Source: Azolla caroliniana (Eukaryota; Plantae; Polypodiophyta). Taken from it: a DNA stretch of 64,000 nt. This document shows positions 23,874 through 35,441 of this stretch, piece after piece (the stretch's first letter is position 1; the number at the start of each line of letters is the position of its first letter). Under the pieces are notes generated by a model that was given only the letters and a program-made list of their open reading frames with translations, was not told where the DNA came from and did not search any database. Both the position numbers and the translations under genes were made by a program. The DNA lies in assembly GCA_043228905.1 (NCBI GenBank), contig JBHGNT010000013.1:5828001-5892000 (forward strand), written 5' to 3'.

Positions 23874-24336
23874 TGTAAAGAATTGGGTATGATTCTTGTG
23901 TAGCGGAAGAGATGTGTGTTGTGTGTATGTGTGAGAGGAAAGAGAGAAGAGAAGAGAAACACAAAATAGATTAGTTGAAGTGAAAAAGGAGTACTCAAGA
24001 AGATGTATATTTCACAAGTAAAATATGAATTACAAAATGTAGCATTACAAGGAGTCCCAACCGACTTAGTATGAATTAGCAGGAGGGTGCTTTATATAAG
24101 GTCACCCTCTCTCTTCATTAACTCGTTACAACTTCCACTCTCTCTCTAGAACCTTGAGGAATGTGAAGACTCATAGTTATCGGGAATATGGAACTCATTA
24201 GTTATGTGTCATAGAATATGATTCTATGACATATAGTTTAATGTGTAGAGAGTGGTACGACACTTCACCTTTGAGTGCACATAGATTCTCAAAGGTGTGT
24301 TCGCATATTGCTCTATGTTGAGCTTGATTATCAATA
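23874..24336 (-). repeat. 5' LTR of copia A
   Basis: Abuts PBS 23862-23873. Outer end ATGTTGAGCTTGATTATCAATA resembles the ATGTTGAGCTTGTCTCTCAACA end of element B; the background repeat resumes right after. Confidence 0.7.
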
Positions 24337-24412
24337 GTATTACTTACTGTAGGGTCTATTCATTTCATAAGCAAGTAGAGAAAGTTCAAGGAAATTATCA
24401 AATATTGGAAAA

Positions 24413-24447
24413 AACATGTTTGTGTTCAGAAGTGGAAGGATCGCGCA
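24413..24447 (+). repeat. Left terminal inverted repeat
   Basis: AACATGTTTGTGTTCAGAAGTGGAAGGATCGCGCA vs the reverse complement of the right end, AACACGTTCGCGTTCAGAAGTGGAAGGGTCGCGCA. Confidence 0.9.
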
Positions 24448-24809
24448 TTACACTTTTAGATTCCCTTTATAACTACACAATGTTAGCTTGTTGTGAAATA
24501 TGACGTGCACCAGTATCACATGATAAACCACGGAGGGTGAATTTATTGATTTATTAATCGGATACATCTCTATACCAAGAGAACATGCTATTTATTGGAG
24601 AAAATATAAATGTACTAGATTTATTCTTGCAATGTTTACAAATTTAGGGTTGGTTTTTACTACGCATTCATTTTATACAAATTAATTATTTGACTAAAGC
24701 ATTAACAAACAGGAATTCCATTTTCGCGAGATGTAAAGTGCATAGGTTTACAGTGGTTAAACTTTCCAAGAGAGGTGTATATACTATTTGAGAAATTGAT
24801 ATTTACATA

Positions 24810-26900
24810 TTATTGAATACAATACGTATTAATGTCTATCATTAAACGTTGGGGCTTCTGGTAGGGATTCACAAGCCCGTGCTTAGTCGTGGTCACATGT
24901 CGAAGCTTCCGTGGCCTGGCTGGATATACGAGCAGGTTTGAGCATCCCACTTCATTCGAATGCTCCTTGATTCTTTGCTTCTTGATCTCGTCATAATAAC
25001 CAACTGTTATATATTCCATTGCGTTGACGAACCGAATAGTCGGTCCCCTATTTACGTTGGTTTTAATCCTGATCATTGAGAAAAAAGTTATAAGCAGTTT
25101 AAATTATAATATATAATTCCTATTGAAATAAAGTGCTTTCGATAAAATCCTTACCAAGCCAGGTTCTCAATTCCATGGCAACGAGACCTCAACGCTTGAG
25201 CCATGGAATATCCCTAGTCCATGCTATGAAATATTACAATTCTCCACAAGGAAGCGGTGGTCAAGTTGGCGAAATCTTGTACCATTTTTTTCAACTGCAT
25301 GAACCTAAAAGGTTCGTCATCGTAGATTGAACCAGCCATACGAAAACCGTATGGAATATCAGCTACCATTAACATATACTCTTTCTTTGGTAGCTTCTGG
25401 ATCATGTCAGCCACGTCACCACAGTAAACATTGTAGTACAGATCTCTGGTGATGTCTTTTTTGTGGCTGAACTTCTTGAAAGTGTCGTCATCTTCCACCT
25501 TATACGCCCTTACCAAGCGTCGATCCTTCTCTGTTCTTGCCCTTTCAAGATGCGCAAGAAAGGATGTTGTAAAGTCATGTATATCCTTTATTTCACCAGG
25601 TCTCTTACTCCGATATGGTTTCTAAAAAAAATAAGACATCAACAAAGTTATAGTGATACACAGGATGGACCACCACAAATTGATCAAACAAAGAGTTATA
25701 CTCACCCAATCCTTAAATGCAATGAAATATTCCCATAACGCCTTGTACGAAGATGTTATCTGATATTCTTCAGTCACTTGTTACCACGATAAGCAACCTA
25801 GTTGCTTCATCATCACTTCTTGTATTTTCATATAGACTTTGTGGCTGAAAATTTATAAACCAACATTAAAAATTTATTTCTTAAAACAAGATAAACCATA
25901 AAAAATTTAGTAAGACCTTGTTGAACTCCGTAACCATTTCCTCTAGGCTCAGCTCCTTTGCTACAACTCTTGAAAGCATAGATATAAGAAGTTTCTTATC
26001 TTTGATCCCTTGCATTGCCCTCCATAAAGACAACTTCATATCATCTGCCGCTTCCTCAATGGTAAGCTCAGTCTTCGCAATTGAGCTCTTCAATTCTAAT
26101 TGAGGGTCAACTTTCGACTTCTTTTGTCTTTGACCCTTCACTTCCTTATTCTCCCACATCGTAAATATTTGATCTTGAGGATCCCAAACTCCTCCATCCC
26201 TAAATGCAAGTTGAAACCACGGTTCATACTTTCTGATTCCAGTAGACTTCACCGCATCGTCCACCACAATTCCCACTTCGTGGAGACATTGACGTCATAG
26301 AGCTGGATATAATTTCGCTCCAAATTTGGTTTTCCCGTCGAGGTACTCATGGTGAAAAAATCTAATGCATTCGATGGAGGACATTTCTGCTGGTAGTCAT
26401 TGTCGTTATTGTGGTCCCATGCTAACAACTGCGCCTCCTCAGTTGTTAACCCCACATAAATTTTGCATTCCGCATATTTGAAGAAGAACGTTGTGGGATG
26501 CTCGCGGACTAGTTGTCGTCTTGCGTCCGCTGAGTGAGATCCTCCAATCACAAAATAATTGTATTGGTCCTGCTTCTTAATATCAAAATCCTCTAGCTTC
26601 GAGCACTCAAGAGGATCCACCATTACAATAAAAGGCACGACCGTTGCATGAGGGTTGATTTTCATCTTCTTCTTTAAATTTTGGATGTGTAGCTTATGTG
26701 GTTCCCTGATCTCCAAAGGGCGACATCCTGTATTCTCATCCAGAGGGGTGCGATGAATATGGGTTATCGAAAGGTTAAAAACTTGCCCCTTCCACACAAG
26801 TTTTCTATGTATTAAGTCCCTTCTAATTTTATTTTGTTCTAATGAGAACACACCAGATGCCAGCTCTGCTCCTGGTGTAGCTTGAACCTCTTCATCCTCT
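24810..26900 (-). pseudogene. Spliced gene: ParB/Srx-like domain + helical region + beta-class N6-adenine/N4-cytosine methyltransferase domain (decayed; true start further upstream)
   Basis: YFVIGGSHSADARRQL...LTTEEAQLLAWDHNND (ParB-like); VYCGDVADMIQKLPKKEYMLMVADIPYG; spliced ENLAW|IKTN..RFVNAMEYITV; VNPYQKPQRLM. GT-AG introns at ~25916-25845, 25705-25622 and 25154-25069. Confidence 0.8.
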
Positions 26901-27881
26901 GTTGAACTCGATGACTAAGAATTTGACATTCTCGTCACCTTCTTTTTTGAGGGCCTGGACTGCACCGCAGATTTCCTTATTGGTGTTTTAATGGGCGATA
27001 AGGTGGCTATCTTCAAATTAACATGACCTTGAATATATGGCCTCCGTGTTGTTATTAAGTTAGTACTTGTCTCAATAGCATGTCAGAAGAATTTTGGCCC
27101 GCATGAATCCGTCAACAAGTACTCTTCGGAGACCATCATCTATCGGACTCCTTTTGTACAGTTGACTAATACAATCGAATTATTGAGTCCGCATCTTCAT
27201 AGTCCAGTCGCAAGATTTTGCCATAGCTAAATGCATGATCTTGCGCAAACATACCATGTCCAACTAGTCTAGTAACTAACATAACTACCTTCTTTTTCGA
27301 CTCTACATATTGCATTGCCCACTCATATCCAGTTAAGTCTATGTCTAACTGGTCCTCACTTCCTCCAACCGCGGCAGATGTTTTCTAACTAACCTCGTTA
27401 GACGGCTGCCTCACGACTTCGTCTTCAAACATGAGTTTCTTTCCCTTTTGTGGGTATGTCACAACAAGGATCTTCGTGTTGTCTGGAGGTGAGCTTTGAT
27501 ACTTAATCCGAATTCTGTTGAGTGGCCTCTCCTCCTTAGTGCCAGTCGACCTGCATAAAATAATACAACAGATGAACCTAAACCTATAATCTCTCCAATT
27601 ATGGGGTGTCAAATTATATACAGTATGCAGATTGGTAGTATGGAATGCCAAATTAGCAATCCAATATAGTTATGAATTTGAAACCTAGGGACTAAACAAA
27701 GGAAAATGTATATTTAATGTCTCATAGGCCACCGGACAGTAAAAATAGTAAGATTTTGGTATCCCCAACAGTACCTAAATATCAACTTTATTGACCCAAT
27801 TTGACCGTATTTTGACCTAATTTAGAATTTTTGAACCTATTTTTACTACTTATTTTTGGTCTAATGTGTGTTATGACCCCC

Positions 27882-28588
27882 AACTCGATACTACGTATCG
27901 AGTTTTAGCCTGGGAGCCACAACTCGATACGCCGTATCGACTTAAGACCTCCAATTCGATACGCCGTATCGACTTAAGACCTCCAATTCGATACGCCGTA
28001 TCGAGTTGTAGCCGTAGGAGCCACAACTCGATACGACATATCGAGTTAAGACCCCCATGTATTGAGTTTTAGCACTGGGAGCCACAACTCGATATGCTGT
28101 ATCGAATTAAGACGCCTAACTCGTTATACTGTATCGAGTTTAGCCCTGGGAAGCACAACTCGATACGTCGTATTGAACCATAACGAGTTGGGAGGAATAA
28201 CTCGATACGCCATATCGAGTTATGTCCCCCAACTCGTTATGGCGTATCGCGTTCTGCCTCCTAGGGCTACAACTCGATACGCCGTATCGAGTTGTAGCCC
28301 TAGGAGGCACAACTCGATACGGCATACCGAGTTGTAGCCCTAGGAGGCACAACTCGATACGGCATACCGAGTTGTAGCCCTAGGAGGCATAACACGATAC
28401 GCCGTAACGAGTTATATCCCCCAATTCAATACGGCGTATCGAGTTGTGACACCTAAGCCAACAACTTGATATGGCGTATCGAGTTGGGGGACATAACTCG
28501 ATACGCCGCATCGTGTTATGCCTCCCAACTCATTACGGCGTATCTAGTTCTAGCCTTAGGAGCCACTAGATACGGCGTAACGAGTTCT
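27882..28588. repeat. Array of ~20 palindromic 23-bp sites, consensus AACTCGATAC-GCC-GTATCGAGTT, period ~31-32 or ~40 bp
   Basis: Read directly, e.g. 28271, 28311, 28351, 28391. Linkers are short and repeated (TAAGACCTCC, GTAGCCCTAGGAGGCAC). Confidence 0.92.
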
Positions 28589-29281
28589 AATACGAAATAT
28601 AAAGCATGTAGATGGTCATATACAGATTAGGGTTTAGATCCTACTTGGTGTCAGAACGGGCAGTCTTTTTGCTCGACATGATGATCATGTCGGTTCGGGG
28701 ATGCGTGAGGTATTTCGGGAGTTCTCGTGTCTGTGCTTTGGCGCTCTGAAGAGTTGTTACGCTGAACTATGGGGAATGAAAAAGAGCGGTCGGTTCTATT
28801 TATGGGAGGGGAAGGGACCATAGTTAAAGAAGTAACCACGGTTAGAATTAAATGCCAATAGTGCCTTCAGTTATTTATTATTATCATAACATAATGATTA
28901 TCTTTATACTTTATGTGTAATATGATCATTATGATCTAGTAGTTATGATTTAGTACCTATTATGATCTAGTACTTATTATGATTTAGTACATGTCCAAGG
29001 TCAGTCCAATGATTGAGTATACTTATCTACATTTATGGTAGTCTAATGATTTTGATACTGAGAACATTCACAAATTGGGTGAGGATAGTGGTATTATGCA
29101 ATTATGTCACGTGGACACGTGATCATTTTTTATTTATAACTAATAGAAATATAGGAAAAATTATATAATAAACTATACAAAATACATATATATATCCTTA
29201 GAATTGTATTTTTTGTTTAAGTATGTCTTACAATTTGTATGCTTAGGGAGTGAAATATAAAGGATATTAGAACCTCAAACA

Positions 29282-31967
29282 ATGGGAAATAATTCACCCT
29301 TTTCTGTTGAGGAATATCAACTGTCATCGGATTCCTCACCTTCTCTGGGGTTTTTGGTGGAAGAATACCATTGGTCTCAAGATTCTAATTTCTCCATTGA
29401 GGAGTATATAATCTCTGACAGTCCAGTCAATATGACAAGATGCCTTGAATTCTCAATTGAAGAGTATGACCCATACGCAGACTCGGGTGAGAATGTAGGC
29501 AATTGTCAATGTCCCGAAAGTATTTCTACCCAGCAACAGAGAACAAATGTGCGCCAAGACGAAGACACACCAATATCAGCTAAGGATGACAATAAGTCAG
29601 TGAGCCCCTTATTTTTCAAAAGGGTCTCAAGACGTATTAGTTGAGAACGATTTGCTTTAGTGACATCTAAGGCTCAACTTACCGTAGATGTTAAAAAGAC
29701 ATGTTGCGCTCGTGGGTGTCTGGCGATGATTGGAAAGCAAAACTTGCAGTGGTGATGAACAAGACACCTATCTTATGACACACTTACAGATGGTGTAAGA
29801 CAAAGCCTCAGATATCTCGATCTCTTTCGAGTATTACCTTTTTACAGCACGACAATGTTCTAGAGTGGCATTCAAGATCGCACTTTGTGTTAGCAACATG
29901 AGATTACATAGAGTGCAACAAAGAGTTTTAAACAACAACAATCCCATTGAAGATGATAATTTGCCAAGTATGAAGGGTGCATCAGGTAGAAATGCGATCT
30001 CCTGGATGAAGACATACTTCAAGTTCAATTGTGAGATAATGCCAACTACCAGTAGGTTGCATCTCTCTGACAATTATACACGTCGAGAAGTTTATGATTC
30101 CTATAGATTGGAAATGTCATCTTGTTGCGACAAGTATGTCACCTATAGTCAGTTCACAAGGTTGTGGACATTGCACTTTAGTAACGTTATTATACCTCGT
30201 AAAGTATGTATGGGGTATTGTTCAGTATGTGCAAACCTAAAGAGCGTGTGTAAAGGGGCAAAGACAGCGACAAAGAAGGAGCTAAATAAGAAATTGTTAC
30301 AAGATCACCGAGATGCCCAAGCATTAGAGCGAAAAAGAGCTATGTACCATAGGGAAAAGTCGATAAACAATCCAACTAAGTACATGTGTTTAATGATAGA
30401 TGGAATGGACCAAAAGAAGACGTGTCTACGTCATCTTAAACGTCTTCCTAAAGATGTGAATGATGATTGTCTCGTGCAGATGCACTTGGTGGGTTGTTTA
30501 GCCTATAATGGAAGTGTGAAGCCTCATGTCTTCGTCACCTACCCAAATGTCCACAATGACCCTAATTTAACAGTCACTGTGATTCAAAAAGTATTGATGT
30601 CTTGGGGGCAGTCTTTGCCGCCGGTTTTATATATTCAACTAGACAATACTACTCGGGAAAACAAAAATTATACGGTGTTTGGTTATCTAAGTATGCTGGT
30701 GAACCAAGGAATTTTTAGGAAAGTGAAAGTTAACTTTCTATTGGTTTGTCACACACATGACCATATCGATCTGATGTTTAGTAACTTCTCTAGGAAATTA
30801 TCACGATGTGATGCTTTTTCGTTACCTAAGTTGCTCGACATCATTCGTGATGCATATACGCCACGCCCAATCGTGGAACACTTGAAGGAAATATATGATT
30901 TCAAGAGATACATATTAGATACATATTAGATAGTGTTAACACCCTTAAATAATATAAGTTTCGACCATGTATTCTTAATAAATAAAAATGATCATAGTGG
31001 TTGTACATTATTATATGCAAAGCAGTATTCATCCTCCTCCCAATGGGAGCCTGAAGGCGGGTGTCAGTTTCTACTTCATATGTCTTCCACTTTTGTTTAT
31101 GGTGCAGGACAAATGCCGATTGAGACTAAGAAAGTTGTCACCAATGTACTAGCTGATAATCCAAAGGATGTTTGGATGCAAGCACTGCAAGACAAACGCA
31201 AGCACATTGACAATGCGAAGAAGTATGATGGGGAACAAGACACATCATGGTGGGATGTGTTCTTTAAAGATCAAGAACAAATTGTTAACAATTGTGTCCT
31301 TGGTACTTGGACCGTGCAAATACCCTTCACCTAGAATATACAACAGTGTCGTAATTCTCAGACTAGCTTGCTCCATCCACCCCAAAGGGACATATATGTT
31401 GGACCCAGGCTGACAAAAACAACGGAAGCAAGGTGGCAAGGGAACTTGCAAGAATTGAAGGTGGGTATGTTAATTGCTACACCTGCTGATGATAATGAGC
31501 TAGGACATCAATTTTGGATTGGTAAGGTTTTAGATGTAGTGATGGATGAGAACCAAAGCCAAATCCGGTCTATAAAGGTGCATTGGTACAACACTAAAAG
31601 CAAAAATGCCTTTACCGGCAAGTATGCTTTAGAGATGATGGAATGTCCGCGGTCAAGGGGGAATAGAAAGAGGAAAAGAAATATTCGTTGCACTTCATGC
31701 CTAGACATTGGTGACGTAGATATTATTGTTTACGACTTCACACTAACAAAAGCTGGACGTCTCAGGAAGTCTATAATAGATATTATCAAGGAGAAATTAC
31801 CTATTCTACAAGGGGTCTCATGTCAAAGGCAAACAAGATCGTCTATACATAACATGGAATGTCGACATCGTGTTTTAGATGAAGACAATGCCTTAATAGG
31901 TACATCCAAAGATGACGAGGAACAATCTGCATTGTATATTAGTTATAGTAGCGACTCTGGATCATGA
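29282..31967 (+). pseudogene. Sola-like DDD transposase with Cys motifs and a C-terminal BAH/Tudor-like beta-barrel (stops and frameshifts)
   Basis: KKTCCARGCL, CSVCANL, CLMIDGMDQKKT, LYIQLDNTTRENKN, FLLVCHTHDHIDLMFS; C-terminal LKVGMLIA...FWIGKVLDV...IKVHWY. Confidence 0.8.
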
Positions 31968-33026
31968 TACCAGTGATTTTTGTAAATTTTACACTCCTCA
32001 ATGATATTTTGGTATCTAACGTAAGAGAGTGTCGTTTGTAATACTCGAAATATGCGTAAATTATGTTTAGAAATATTATTGCTTTGTACAGACATTGTTT
32101 GTTACAAAATACATTACTTCTTGACTTCTCAATGATAGTGAACATTGTACCATTTCGATTATAGCATAATTTTAGCGTTTTTCCAAGTTTAGGAAATGAT
32201 GATTTTTTGAGGTTTTCCAACGACATTTTGAGAACATGTGATACTGGTATCATTACGTTGTCGTGCCTTTTGGCTCCGGATCGTTGCGTGAGTCGGGTGG
32301 GAACCGCCGAGGTTTTTGACTAGGAGAAAGAGGAATACAACTTAAGGCTAGTTATGAATAGTGGAAAGAGAAGTAAGATAGCAATCTCGTGAATCCCACG
32401 AGTTTAGTGTATTTAAAACAATATTTAGATTATAAGAGTAATTTAGATGGCAAAATTCGTGAATCCCACAAATATATTAGATTGATCAATCCTTGTATAT
32501 TAATCAACAACCTTATACATATTTCTCTCCTCCTTATATAAAGATGGAAGAGGCTAAGCATGGCTTCATGCTTTTTCACCAAAAGTGTCCATGCACACTA
32601 AATGTGCATGTGATGCTTTGTCATTTCCTAAGTATAGGGCTCATGCATGCTAGATGTGCATGAGCCACTTTTAATGTCACGTGTAAATAAAATATTCACA
32701 ACCTAAAGAATACATTATTTTTACCTTTTAATAAAGGTATGTGTAAATAAAGGTCTTATACGTATTAAATCTATATGTATAACCCTAAAGATAAGTTATT
32801 ACAATGGTAAAGTTGGGGTTTATCTACATGGAGGTGCAGGGTTTGAATCATGCCCTATGCACGTGATAAATGTTTTGATATATTATTTATTTATTTATAT
32901 GTATCTAAAATCGGATATATTATTTTATGGTTTTCACGTAGTGTGTGGAATACACTACGACAACGTTTTGTGAATAGAGTATATAAACCCCAAAATTTGA
33001 GGGAATACTCCTTATCCTTCCATTTT

Positions 33027-33061
33027 TGCGCGACCCTTCCACTTCTGAACGCGAACGTGTT
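33027..33061 (-). repeat. Right terminal inverted repeat
   Basis: TGCGCGACCCTTCCACTTCTGAACGCGAACGTGTT. Confidence 0.9.
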
Positions 33062-33065
33062 AAAA

Positions 33066-33695
33066 TAGGACCAATGAGTGATATAAAATGGTATATTCAC
33101 ACACACACACTTGTTTAGAAAAACAACTACTTCAAACTAATGTGAGGGACAGGAAAAGAGAGAAAGAGACATAATTAAAGCTTGGACTAGTACTGAAACA
33201 TGTTTCCAAGGTTTCGATAAAGAATTTCAACTCTTGTTTCCATAAGCTTTCTCATAACACTACATCTCTATTGTTTAGTTGGATGGACCCTGAGTCATTG
33301 TAGGAGGAATCCTCCAAGTAAACAACCTTATTGTACCTCTCTGATTTTTTTGCTTTTGAAAATATATTAATACATCAAAGTTGTGTACAATTACGTCGTT
33401 TAGGTGCCAATGATCATATAATATTGATTGCATCATATCCAGGACATGATGGTAAGATAATGATGGATGTCTTCTAACAACAACATATTAGACTTAATCT
33501 CCTATATCCCAATGTTTCAAGGAATAAAAGGATATTACTTACTTCAGGGTCTATTCATTTCGTAAGCAAGTAGATAAAGTTCAAGGAAACTATCAAAAAT
33601 TGGAAATTCATCTCATGTTTGAATTTTATATATAGGACCAATGAGTGATATAAAATGGTATATTGATACATACATACATACATACATATATATAT
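33066..33695. repeat. Degenerate AT-rich background repeat (~570-bp unit); further pieces at 24337..24412, 50410..50915, ~53602 and ~53871..53912
   Basis: TAGGACCAATGAGTGATATAAAATGGTATATT at 33066 and ~33633; TATTACTTACT..CTATTCATTTC.TAAGCAAGTAGA at ~24338, 33533, 50465; 33110-33475 aligns with 50545-50915. Confidence 0.8.
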
Positions 33696-35225
33696 TGTAA
33701 AAAGTAACGTGCGGAAGCAGGTATGAAGACTGAACAGAAGGAAGGAAACTCAGGTTCAATGGAGAGCTTGAACTTACGCAGTATACTCGGGAGAGACAGA
33801 GAGAGTGATAGAGAGAAAAACACACGAACTATACTCAAAAACTTAGTCTGTACATAAGACGTGCTCAGTGAACACTTTTATACAAGTCCTACAAGGACTG
33901 ACCGAAGTACTGACAGTACTTCAATGCTCATCAAGAGCTCCTACACTAACTCCCAAATATATTCCTCACGGAATATCTTTCCTAACGACCTCCCGGTTTA
34001 CGCACTCGGCCTAACTGATCGGTCCCAACCGATCCAGCCGATGTTGAGCTTGTCTCTCAACACTCCCCCTCAAGCTCAACTTGAGGCTCTTCGGGATCGT
34101 CGGGCTCACAGCTCCAGTTCCTCCTGGCTTCACGCCTCGCTCGCACTCCTCGACCTGTTCGACTCCGCGCACTTTGACCCTTCCGGTCGGCTTGTCTGCT
34201 CATGCGGCCCTTATTAGCTCTTCTACTGTTGCGGTGTTGACGCTTCTCCTGCTTCCTTTTCTTCCGCATGAGCCTCGGTTGATTCAACGTGTCTGAATCA
34301 AACATCTGAACCGACTCGGCTACCTCCGATCGGTTTTCGCTCTCATCCGAGTTGGCTATCTCCAACTCGTCTTCGGTCTTCTCGTCCTCGATTGCATCAT
34401 CTCCCCCATGCGTGGTTGGCTTCGGCTCTCTCCTTCGGTTGCTCCCCTTCTGTCCGCTTTCGGACTTTTCCGTGGGTCCGCCCTCGGCTTCTTCAGCCGA
34501 TCCGAACTCAGACTCGGTGTCGCGGTCTCCGCTCCTTTCCTGCCGCCTTGCTTGGTCGTTCGGGACTGTTCTCCCCCTCAAGTTTGGCATGTCGAGGTGA
34601 CGCAATCCGAGCACACCTGAGAATTGCCGCAACTTGTCCAGACCAAGAGGCTTGGTGAAGATGTCGGCAATCTGCCGATCTGTCGGAACGTACTGAAGTT
34701 CGTCTCAACCGGAAAGGACACACTCACGGACGAAATGATAGTGCACGTCAATGTGCTTGGTCCGTGCGTGGAAAACGGGGTTTTTCGCAAGCTCGATGCT
34801 GCTGAGGTTGTCACAATAGATCGTCGTCGGATTTGACACCTCCTCTTGCAGGTCCTTAAGAAGCCGCTTCAACCATATGACTTCGCATGTCACGACAGCC
34901 GCTCCTCGGTACTCAGCTTCAGTGCTCGACAGTGCAACTGTTGGCTGCTTCTTACTGCTCCACGCGATCGCGGCACTCCTGAGGGAGAACGCGTATCCGG
35001 ACGTGGATCGGCGATCGGCGGCGTTGCCAGCCCAATCAGCATCGGTGTAGCCGACTAACTGCTCGGCTGTACCGGTCCGATATAGCAGTCTGCGGTCCTT
35101 AGTGCCGGTTACGTACCGTTGTACGCATTGCGTACATAGAAGGGGTGTTGGGAGACAGGTCCCTCCGGATGGGAAGGGAGAAGAATAATGCTGACAAACA
35201 AACTCGGCCGAGGCCGAAACAGTAT

Positions 35226-35441
35226 GAGGAGTACCCGGCTACGGAGAGCCGGTTGATACAGGCCCGGTGTGAACCGGATGAGGAGTACCCGGCTACGGAG
35301 AGCCGGATGATACAGGCCCGGTGTGAACCGGATGAGTAGTACCCGGCTACGGAGAGCCGAATGGTGCAGGCCCGGTGGGAACCGGATGAGGAGTACCCGG
35401 CTACGGAGAGTCGTATGGTGCAGAACCGGTGAGAATCGGAG
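35226..35441 (+). repeat. 4 x 54-bp tandem repeat in U3 of the D 5' LTR (5 copies at 45455..45724 in the 3' LTR)
   Basis: Unit GAGGAGTACCCGGCTACGGAGAGCCGGATGATACAGGCCCGGTGTGAACCGGAT. Confidence 0.92.

Larger units (their letters stand above)
1..24336 (-). mobile_element. Ty1/copia LTR retrotransposon A, decayed; 3' part lies left of the window; split at 1548/22681 by element G
   Basis: Minus strand: LTR 23874..~24336, Met-i PBS directly abutting it, gag from 23706. The protease motif FVDSSASNHMTSYQEW is rejoined across the ACGT TSD (1545-1548/22677-22680). Integrase motifs WHKRIGH..CAVC, HSDVWG, SDGG lie in 475..1260. Confidence 0.9.
24413..33061. mobile_element. 8.65-kb TIR DNA transposon (Sola-like DDD transposase) carrying a ParB-like/amino-methyltransferase cargo gene
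   Basis: 35-bp TIRs with 4 transition mismatches; probable 4-bp TSD AAAA (24409-24412/33062-33065); the same background repeat on both flanks; two divergent genes inside. Confidence 0.85.

Noticed and set aside
27882-28588. CRISPR array
   Set aside because: Linkers are 8-17 bp and repeated rather than unique, no cas genes are present, and the context is eukaryotic with spliceosomal introns.
32790-32860. tRNA gene or tRNA-derived SINE (TACAATGGTAA...GGTTTGAATC); similar B-box-like words near 53660-53825
   Set aside because: No cloverleaf can be folded and no TSD or tail is visible; too degenerate to call.
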